This document shows positions 57,188 to 64,000 of a stretch of 64,000 bases of DNA, piece by piece (within the stretch, counting starts at the first letter, position 1; each line of letters starts with the position of its first letter). This DNA comes from Verrucomicrobiia bacterium (GTDB taxonomy: Bacteria; Patescibacteriota; Saccharimonadia; Saccharimonadales; JAGQNK01): contig DATHJY010000003.1 of NCBI GenBank assembly GCA_035489575.1, positions 53,800 to 117,799 on the forward strand. Reading direction: 5' to 3'. The translations under genes were made by a program, and so were the position numbers. Below the pieces are notes generated by a model. The model worked only from the letters and a program-made list of their open reading frames with translations, had not been told where the DNA came from and made no database searches.

Positions 57188-57244
57188 TGAAAACTCCCGG
57201 TAGACGAGCAAGAACGTACAATTTGTCACATCACGCGTGAAGTA

Positions 57245-57272
57245 CCAAATCGTAAGATGTATACTATAAAAC
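57245..57272 (-). promoter_or_regulatory. conserved promoter motif upstream of paralog 3
   Basis: aatcgtaagatgtatactataaaac. Confidence 0.4.
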
Positions 57273-57297
57273 TTTTACGGCTATATATCAATTGCTT

Positions 57298-57675
57298 CTA
57301 GGTTGCCAGCTCGGCTTTGACCATCTCGGCCACCTGGCGGGGTGTCATCTCTGCTTTTACGATAAAACGGCGGACGTTGAGTTCTTTGATAATGTCGGGT
57401 GCTTCTTGTTCGCCCATGTTGGTCAAAACAATAACTTTGATGTTCTTGCCCCAGTCGGTGCCACGAAGTTTTTGTAGCATCTCGTCGCCGTTCATTTCGG
57501 GCATCATCAGGTCTAGAAGAATAATGTCGGGCTTCAGGTGTTCTGCTAGGGCTAGGCCGCGCCTGCCGTTATCAGCGGTCTCTACCTGATAGCCTTCGGC
57601 CTCAAACTTGATGCGATACATCTGGGCAATGGCTTGGTCGTCCTCGATGATCGCGATCTTTATATGAGAGCTCAT
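57298..57675 (-). CDS. receiver-only response regulator
   Basis: IAIIEDDQ...DIILLDLMMPEMNG...; 125 aa. Confidence 0.75.
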   Translation of the reverse strand: MSSHIKIAIIEDDQAIAQMYRIKFEAEGYQVETADNGRRGLALAEHLKPDIILLDLMMPEMNGDEMLQKLRGTDWGKNIKVIVLTNMGEQEAPDIIKELNVRRFIVKAEMTPRQVAEMVKAELAT

Positions 57676-57740
57676 ATATCCATCCTACACCTTTTTAGAG
57701 CCTATCTCCACGCCCTCTTGTAAAGAAGCGTGCAGATGAC

Positions 57741-58124
57741 TCACCGCTTAGTGCCCAAGATTTCGTCGACGACTTCGCATACCTGGGTAGGGGTGTAGTG
57801 GGCTTTTACGATATAGCGATCGACATTCAGCAATCGCAGCGTATGAGGGGCTTCGTCTTTGCTGAGGTTGGTTAGAATAATAACCTTTATCCTGCTGCCC
57901 CAGTCGGTGGCACGCATCTTCTGCAACATTTGATCACCGTTCATTTCGGGCATCATAAGATCTAGCAAAATCAAGTCAGGAGTAAAAGACTCAACGAGTG
58001 CCAAGCCTTGCTTTCCATCGTGGGCGGTCATGACCTTGTACCCACAATTTTCCAACTTGAAAGCATACATAGCAGCTATCGCTGGATCATCTTCTATAAC
58101 GGCAATTTTGTGGAGCGATGACAT
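57741..58124 (-). CDS. receiver-only response regulator (tandem paralog)
   Basis: IAVIEDDP...DLILLDLMMPEMNG...; ~60% identical to neighbour. Confidence 0.75.
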   Translation of the reverse strand: MSSLHKIAVIEDDPAIAAMYAFKLENCGYKVMTAHDGKQGLALVESFTPDLILLDLMMPEMNGDQMLQKMRATDWGSRIKVIILTNLSKDEAPHTLRLLNVDRYIVKAHYTPTQVCEVVDEILGTKR

Positions 58125-58267
58125 TTTTAGAATATTTTACGCCTTGAACTATTACATTAGTATAAACACAAACCTACACAATGCTGCAAGAAAAACTGCT
58201 AAAGATAATTCCGGCCTCTATTTTTGACATACAGGAGTATTATTGATTTATATAACAAGAAGTATCC

Positions 58268-59203
58268 ATGAAGACCGACGCCCATGCCTTTAAGACGTTT
58301 CCGGAGTTTTCTAAGCTGACCTTAGCAGATCGAGAGCTATATGAAGAGCTGATTGCTCAGTATCCTCCCATTGATGAGATAACTTTTCCGATTTTAATGA
58401 CATGGTGGAGTGATTTGGGTGATTGTATGGTGGCGCTACTGAATGGCAATCTCGTAATCTGTTATTGGAGGCCCGGAGACGAAAAAAACTCTGGATTATG
58501 TCTTGTGGGCAACAAGCTCATTGATGAGTCAATGGCAACGATATTTGATTGGCTACGTGCCCAGGGAGAGTTGATGCATCTGGTTCATGTGCCAGAATTT
58601 GTGGTAAGTAGCATGAAATACCCCGAGATGTATACGTTTACCTCTGAAAGAGGCTATGACGAATGCATTGTCTCTGTAAAAACTCTCTGCTCCCTTAGCA
58701 AGATGATACAGTATCGTCGCTGGAAAATCCGCAGATTCAAATCTGAGGTGAATGACGAACGCGTGGTTCTTAAAAATCTGGACCTAGATTCTGACCAAAA
58801 TCAAGAGCTGTTACTGGAGGCAATGGATCGTTGGAAAATCAAAGGTCGCCTGAATGTGATTAACAAACGAGAGGAGGAGATTCTGAAGGTGTGTATTAGG
58901 CAAGCCTCAGACTTCGGATACGAGAATGTGTGTCTATTTATAGATGGTGAGCTGCATAGTTTTCTTTTGTACCAACTGACCACGGATCCTGACTATGTCA
59001 TCGTAGATTATTCTCGCTATAGCTACGCAGCCCCTCATCTTTTTGAGTTTGCAGTTTATGAGTATGCTCAGTATCTGAGGGACTTGGATATTACTTATGC
59101 AAATATAGTGCTTGATATGGACGTTCCTATTTTACGTACGGTGAAACTCGCGCTTGGGCCCCGCAATTTCTTTAGGAAGTACACAGTTCAGCCTAAGCAA
59201 TGA
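58268..59203 (+). CDS. hypothetical protein, possibly DUF2156 (MprF C-terminal-like) fold
   Basis: 311 aa; weak resemblance only. Confidence 0.3.
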   Translation: MKTDAHAFKTFPEFSKLTLADRELYEELIAQYPPIDEITFPILMTWWSDLGDCMVALLNGNLVICYWRPGDEKNSGLCLVGNKLIDESMATIFDWLRAQGELMHLVHVPEFVVSSMKYPEMYTFTSERGYDECIVSVKTLCSLSKMIQYRRWKIRRFKSEVNDERVVLKNLDLDSDQNQELLLEAMDRWKIKGRLNVINKREEEILKVCIRQASDFGYENVCLFIDGELHSFLLYQLTTDPDYVIVDYSRYSYAAPHLFEFAVYEYAQYLRDLDITYANIVLDMDVPILRTVKLALGPRNFFRKYTVQPKQ

Positions 59204-59397
59204 TCTTTTAATTAAATATTTAGGTAATTTTAACTAAATATTTTCTACTGGATCCGGCGAAGGGATAGAGGTCTAAAAATAAAAAACTATTAACTAAACC
59301 ACGATCAACATATCCGTTAATAGTAAAATTTTCACTTCGCGTTGACTTTTTTTGTGGTATTTGTTGCAATAGTGCTAAGTTCGTTAGTAGATAAAAC

Positions 59398-59429
59398 GGC
59401 ACCAGCTCCTGAGGGGCTGGTGCCTTTTG
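59398..59429 (+). terminator. intrinsic terminator (possibly ending a ~55-nt sRNA from a TTGACT-17-TGCAAT promoter at 59342)
   Basis: ggcaccagc-tcctgaggg-gctggtgcc + ttttgc. Confidence 0.5.
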
Positions 59430-59451
59430 CATCTTTCAGGACACATTAAAA

Positions 59452-59480
59452 TTGACAAGAGTGCATAATAGTGCTATAAT
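59452..59480 (+). promoter_or_regulatory. perfect consensus sigma70 promoter TTGACA-17-TATAAT
   Basis: TTGACA 59452-57, 17-nt spacer, TATAAT 59475-80; SD gaaaggtgg; ATG 59514. Confidence 0.6.
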
Positions 59481-59513
59481 TAATAAATACTTTTAATCTT
59501 GAAAGGTGGAAGT

Positions 59514-60284
59514 ATGACTGAAGCAGAACTATGGCTGACCCAGGAGACAGATGATCTCTTATCACGCCCTGATGCTAACCTTACTTCACGGGTATTTGAT
59601 GCTGGTGAAGGTGCTGAAACCTTTGACGACAAAACTGCGACTGCGCCAGAAACAGTGATTACTTATAATACAGAAGAAGATTCGCCTAACTCACTCCTAG
59701 GCCGTGCTGCCGAGTGGGCCAAGAAGCATGCCGGAACTATTAAATGGGCTGGTGCAGGTGCTTTGGCGCTTGCCAGTGGCGCTCTGACGTTTATGAATAA
59801 TGGCTTTCAGGAGCTCAGGGAGCAGGTTGTAGAAACGCTGCCCTGGGCTGTAGCTGCGGGTGCTGCAACGGAAGTAGCTTTTGTAGCTGGCGGCGCAATG
59901 ATGCTGACTGCGGCTGGCATGAAAGTTGGAGGAAATGTTCTGAAGATCAGAAAGAAAACAACTGAGCTGCAGGAACAAATGGCTGAAGGTGAGACGTCGA
60001 GTCGACCCTTGCGAGAGAGCATGCTTTTCCGTGCTGGTTTTGTTATAAACACGGCTGGTGCGCTTGGCACCGCTGCTGTTGTAGCGGCCGGTGGCGCAAC
60101 CTTGCCAAGTGAATCATGGCCGGGTGTTGCTGGGCTGGTAGCCCTAGATGTCGCCAGTACCTTTGGGTTGCGCGCAGCTATTCTAAGAGCAGCCGGTGGC
60201 TGGCGTGCCGAGAGTACCGATACCGACACTGAAGAGTCGGTTGCAGCAGTAATCCCACCACTTGAAGATGCAGAGGTGGCGTAA
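59514..60284 (+). CDS. Ala/Gly-rich membrane protein, hypothetical
   Basis: 256 aa with AG-rich hydrophobic segments. Confidence 0.45.
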   Translation: MTEAELWLTQETDDLLSRPDANLTSRVFDAGEGAETFDDKTATAPETVITYNTEEDSPNSLLGRAAEWAKKHAGTIKWAGAGALALASGALTFMNNGFQELREQVVETLPWAVAAGAATEVAFVAGGAMMLTAAGMKVGGNVLKIRKKTTELQEQMAEGETSSRPLRESMLFRAGFVINTAGALGTAAVVAAGGATLPSESWPGVAGLVALDVASTFGLRAAILRAAGGWRAESTDTDTEESVAAVIPPLEDAEVA

Positions 60285-60286
60285 TT

Positions 60287-61333
60287 ATGGCCATTGAGTT
60301 TACACGAGAAACCGGCGAAGACAACAATCGTGTTGGCGAACGGCAGCCGCAGGAAGAGTTCGTTACCGACTCGGCCGAGTGGATGGGAAGTGCCGAGACC
60401 CCTATGCTTGACGTCACGGACGTCCGTGGCTTGGTGGAGGCGGCTTTTGAAGCACCAGACATATTTGTGATATCAGATGCTATTGCTCCCAAAAGTGCAG
60501 CAGCACCGACAGACACAACTGCCGCTCGTGAACAGCGCGAAGCTATCCGTGGCCCCGGCAAGACGCACATTCGTCGTGCGGAAGAAAAGGACCTGGACCG
60601 CTTGGCCGAGGTAGACCTGATGATGTTTGACAGCGCTTATGGCGAAGAGCCGCCATCGCACGCCGAAGTGCGGGACATGCTTGCCCGAAGGCTCGAGAAC
60701 ATTAAGGAAGGCGGCACTATGCTGGTCTGCGAAGTTGACGGCGAGATAAACGCTTTCTCTACTTATTTTAGAACTAACAAACCTTGGGAAGACTTTACGT
60801 CCTGGGAGCATTCAACCAAAAACGGAACACTAGACGGCATAGTAGAGCCGGATGGAAAGTATTTGTATGCTGTTAACATGACCGTAACCCCCCGCGGTTC
60901 TGAAGTTCGGGCTATGCAAAAAGTGTTGGCCAACCTCTTCTCTTCTGCAATGAAAGAAGGGATCGAATATGGCTATTTTGTGAGCCGAGTGCCTCAGCTT
61001 ACCAAATGGCTAGCTGACAATGGTATTGACTACAATACAACCGATCCTGAGCAGCTTGACGCTCTGGCAGAGCAATATGTCGGCACTACTAAGGAGAGTA
61101 AGAAAGGCAAAGAAGAAGCGTACGACTACGAACTGAGAACATATGACCGTGCCGGTTTCGAACGAGGCAAATTAGTAAAGGGTGGGTTTAGTGACGCCGA
61201 GTCGCTGAACTACGGGGTTGCGTTCAAGGTTGATGTTCCGTTGGCCGGTAAGCCCAAATCCGTAAGGTGGCTTGCCGCTACCGGCCTGTCATTGGCTGCT
61301 CGGTCTACCAAGATTGCTGCAAAACTCTTCTAG
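60287..61333 (+). CDS. hypothetical protein (central GNAT-like region possible)
   Basis: 348-aa ORF 2 nt after previous stop. Confidence 0.4.
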   Translation: MAIEFTRETGEDNNRVGERQPQEEFVTDSAEWMGSAETPMLDVTDVRGLVEAAFEAPDIFVISDAIAPKSAAAPTDTTAAREQREAIRGPGKTHIRRAEEKDLDRLAEVDLMMFDSAYGEEPPSHAEVRDMLARRLENIKEGGTMLVCEVDGEINAFSTYFRTNKPWEDFTSWEHSTKNGTLDGIVEPDGKYLYAVNMTVTPRGSEVRAMQKVLANLFSSAMKEGIEYGYFVSRVPQLTKWLADNGIDYNTTDPEQLDALAEQYVGTTKESKKGKEEAYDYELRTYDRAGFERGKLVKGGFSDAESLNYGVAFKVDVPLAGKPKSVRWLAATGLSLAARSTKIAAKLF

Positions 61334-61356
61334 ACTAACTTCTAACCGGAGATCCT

Positions 61357-61992
61357 ATGACCACATCTACTATTTCCAGACAGACTGTACCTATCAACAC
61401 CGATCATCTGCACAGCGTTGAATTCTTCCACGTCTATACTGACGATGATATAGATGGCATTCAGACCAATAGCCTCGAGCAACTAGGGGCCCTCAAACAG
61501 ATGATGGGTTCCAAGGCGCAGCCGATTATCCTTATAGATAACTACAACCCTACGGCCCATACGCTGGGACCGGATGACATCTTTAGGTTTCTGGAGGAGC
61601 GCGAGGCGCTACCAGCCTATTGGGCCTACGAGGCCGACCTGGTCGCCAATGCCGGAGAGCTGCTGGACAACATAACAGATCGCCGTTTGGCAAAGAGCTA
61701 TCGTAGATATGTAGAAGCTCATGATAAGTTTCCATGCTCGCTCCTGACGGCTGCCTGGTATCTTACACGACTCGGTGCCTTGGATTCCCGGGGAGTAATA
61801 CGCAAGGTTCGGCTTGACGAACCAGAGTATGCTCCGGTTGATTCGCTTATTAATATTCTGCCCGAAATGTATCATGGGGTAGAAGAGCGGGCCTGCAAGA
61901 TCATTGTTGAGAGCGAGTATGCTCAGTTTGCCCCGAAGATCCGGTACATACTCTATCAAACAGAACAGTTTGAAAAGCCAAACGCTTATTAG
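61357..61992 (+). CDS. hypothetical protein
   Basis: 211-aa ORF. Confidence 0.4.
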   Translation: MTTSTISRQTVPINTDHLHSVEFFHVYTDDDIDGIQTNSLEQLGALKQMMGSKAQPIILIDNYNPTAHTLGPDDIFRFLEEREALPAYWAYEADLVANAGELLDNITDRRLAKSYRRYVEAHDKFPCSLLTAAWYLTRLGALDSRGVIRKVRLDEPEYAPVDSLINILPEMYHGVEERACKIIVESEYAQFAPKIRYILYQTEQFEKPNAY

Positions 61993-62029
61993 AGTGGTAA
62001 AACATAAGCACTCGACCTAGAATAGGAGT

Positions 62030-64000
62030 ATGTTCGCCACATTATTTGGGCTGATTATCTGTAGCTCGATAGCTGTCATGGTGGCCGGGTTATTGAGTTA
62101 TCTTCGTAATCCAGAAAAACTTCAGAACCGACTTTTTCTTGCCCTTAGTCTAAAGGTGGGGCTGTGGGCAATTTTTAACTTCCTTGGGAGTAATATCGTT
62201 GACCCAACGCTGACCCAGGTTTTTGTCTACCTGGACTTTATATTTGCGCTCTTGCTGGGCTGGTCCTTGCTGTCCTTTGTGGTAGTCACCACGTGGCAGC
62301 TTGAGGGTATGAAGATGTCTCGCGTGCTGTTATCCAGGCGTTTTGTTGTTGGCGCGGGGATCTTTAACACCTTGCTTATTGTGGGGCTTGCATCGGGCGC
62401 AATGATAGATGTGTCAGTTGCAATGAGTGAACTCGAGGTTCATATGAGTCCACTGTTTTTCTTGTATCTCGTTCCGCTGGTTGGATACTTGCTGGGTGCC
62501 TGTATCTTGCTAGTTCGTGGATACAGGGTTGCTCGCCACGCCGAGAGGCAGCAGCTAGGACTCATGGTGTTGGGTCTGGTCGTAACGGTTATAGCTAATC
62601 TGCTGAGCAACCTAGTGTTTCCGGAGCTTTTTGCCGAGCGATCTACCGTCGTGGCCCTTAATCTTGTGGGCTATCTGGGTTTGTTCTTCTTTGTGCTGTG
62701 CATATACCTGGCCATCACCATGCGTCAGCTCTTTGATATCCGACTGGTCCTAGCCCGAAGCGTCACATACGTGACATTGGTTGGCTTGATCGCTGCCTTT
62801 TATGCGGCGGTCTTGATTCTTATTGGGTATTTGTTCTTGGGGGGACAGGATTTGAACACCAGGACTCTTGCGACCAACATTGCGGTGACATTTGTGGTGG
62901 CAGTGACCTTTCCGTTTTTGCGAAAAGCCCTGTCTAGGGTGACCGACAGAATATTCTTTCGTGGAGCTTATGATGCGGAAATGTTTGTTGATCAAATGAA
63001 CGCTATTGCCACTGCAAACCTAGATATCAACCGACTACTCAGACAATCTACTCTGTTGTTCCATGACATGCTTAAATCTGCCCACTGTGTATTCCTGATC
63101 TTTGAGGAAAAGGACGGAATAAAGCATGTCATAGGTGAACAGAAAGCCAGTCTGGACTACCGCTCACTGGCCGAAGAGCTCAGGCCCGCATTGTATGCAA
63201 GGCGGTGTTTCACAAAAGACGAACTAGAAGACAGCAAGCTCAAATCAAAGCTGCAGCGAGCTGCTTCAGATGTCATCATGCCGCTGTATGCAAACAACGT
63301 TTTGGTAGGCTGCGGCTTGCTGGATATCAAGCAAGACGGGGCTGCTTATACACGTCAAGACATGCGCGTGCTGGATGTGGCAGCCGCCAGCTTGTCGATT
63401 GCTGTTCAGAACGCCTTGCGGTTTGAGGAGATTCAGAACTTCAACGTTACCCTGCAAGAGCAGATTGAGCGGGCGACGCATAAGCTGCAAAAGACTAACG
63501 AAAAGCTTCGGGCGTTGGACGAGACCAAAGATGACTTTATTAGTATGGCCTCGCACCAGCTACGTACACCGCTGACAAGCGTAAAGGGCTATCTGAGTAT
63601 GGTTATAGAGGGCGATGCCGGTAAGATAACCAGCAAACAAGAGAAGCTGCTCAACCAAGCTTTTGTCAGTAGCCAGCGCATGGTCTATCTGATTGCTGAC
63701 CTGCTGAACGTGTCACGCTTGCGCACTGGCAAGTTTGTCATAGAATCTACCGCCACTAATTTGGCTGACGTCATTGAAGGCGAGGTAGATCAGCTGGTAG
63801 AAGTGGCCGAGGGCCGGGAGCTGAAGCTGGCCTATACCAAGCCCAAAGATTTCCCGAGCCTTATGCTAGACGAGACAAAGATTCGCCAGGTGCTCATGAA
63901 CTTTATAGACAACGCCATTTACTACACTCCCGCCGGCGGGCATATAGAGGTCAAGCTGGAGGAAACGGCGGACAGTATCACGCTAAAAGTCGTAGACGAC
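62030..64000 (+). CDS. membrane-anchored sensor histidine kinase (partial, runs off window end)
   Basis: open frame with no stop from ATG 62030 (SD aggag) to 64000, absent from the ORF track because it has no stop. ~7 N-terminal TM helices, GAF-like middle. H-box MASHQLRTPLTSVKGYL, N-box MNFIDNAIYYTPAGGHIEV. Confidence 0.75.
   Translation, partial: MFATLFGLIICSSIAVMVAGLLSYLRNPEKLQNRLFLALSLKVGLWAIFNFLGSNIVDPTLTQVFVYLDFIFALLLGWSLLSFVVVTTWQLEGMKMSRVLLSRRFVVGAGIFNTLLIVGLASGAMIDVSVAMSELEVHMSPLFFLYLVPLVGYLLGACILLVRGYRVARHAERQQLGLMVLGLVVTVIANLLSNLVFPELFAERSTVVALNLVGYLGLFFFVLCIYLAITMRQLFDIRLVLARSVTYVTLVGLIAAFYAAVLILIGYLFLGGQDLNTRTLATNIAVTFVVAVTFPFLRKALSRVTDRIFFRGAYDAEMFVDQMNAIATANLDINRLLRQSTLLFHDMLKSAHCVFLIFEEKDGIKHVIGEQKASLDYRSLAEELRPALYARRCFTKDELEDSKLKSKLQRAASDVIMPLYANNVLVGCGLLDIKQDGAAYTRQDMRVLDVAAASLSIAVQNALRFEEIQNFNVTLQEQIERATHKLQKTNEKLRALDETKDDFISMASHQLRTPLTSVKGYLSMVIEGDAGKITSKQEKLLNQAFVSSQRMVYLIADLLNVSRLRTGKFVIESTATNLADVIEGEVDQLVEVAEGRELKLAYTKPKDFPSLMLDETKIRQVLMNFIDNAIYYTPAGGHIEVKLEETADSITLKVVDD

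Overview
This 64 kb window is gene-dense, mid-GC bacterial chromosome. By eye it is a mosaic: most of it is mid-GC, with several GC-rich patches and one AT-rich cassette.

Recognisable housekeeping genes:
- folate metabolism: folC-folA (overlapping stop/start) and folD
- cell wall and RNA turnover: murD, RNase J, galU-like
- other: a MurNAc-L-Ala amidase, a type IV pilin-like protein, a PadR-PspC pair, and two sensor kinases with three receiver-only response regulators

Accessory content:
- A tRNA-Lys(CTT) at 10221-10297 is followed by a roughly 9.5 kb patchwork with no integrase.
  - It holds an APH-family kinase and two diverged YefM-YoeB toxin-antitoxin modules. Each module has a triple GTAC operator over its promoter.
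  - An AT-rich cassette carries a P-loop kinase and a SAM methyltransferase.
  - A GC-rich cassette carries a thymidylate-kinase-like gene, a B12-binding radical SAM gene and a radical-SAM/SPASM gene.
  - Two ~130 bp repeats with terminal inverted repeats have 3' ends that are near-copies of the tRNA-Lys 3' end, so they look like att remnants of serial insertions.
- A small membrane peptide is followed by an ABC-2 exporter and an M50-like protease.
- Three paralogous small membrane-protein genes each carry a conserved promoter motif and a conserved ~100 nt structured 3' element.
- Several scattered small P-loop kinases and a NUDIX-kinase-PLD cluster are present.
- Two frameshifts sit in homopolymer runs, in folC and in a PP2C phosphatase.

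GC-rich patches with actinobacterial-looking codon usage are at 955-1464, 16180-19751, 27215-27637, 42242-43003, 44119-44916, 48638-49186 and 53070-57230. They suggest repeated horizontal acquisition.

Taxonomic origin is an inference only. It looks like a small-genome bacterium, possibly a CPR/Saccharibacteria-like epibiont of Actinobacteria. No rRNA, CRISPR array, integrase or transposase gene was seen.
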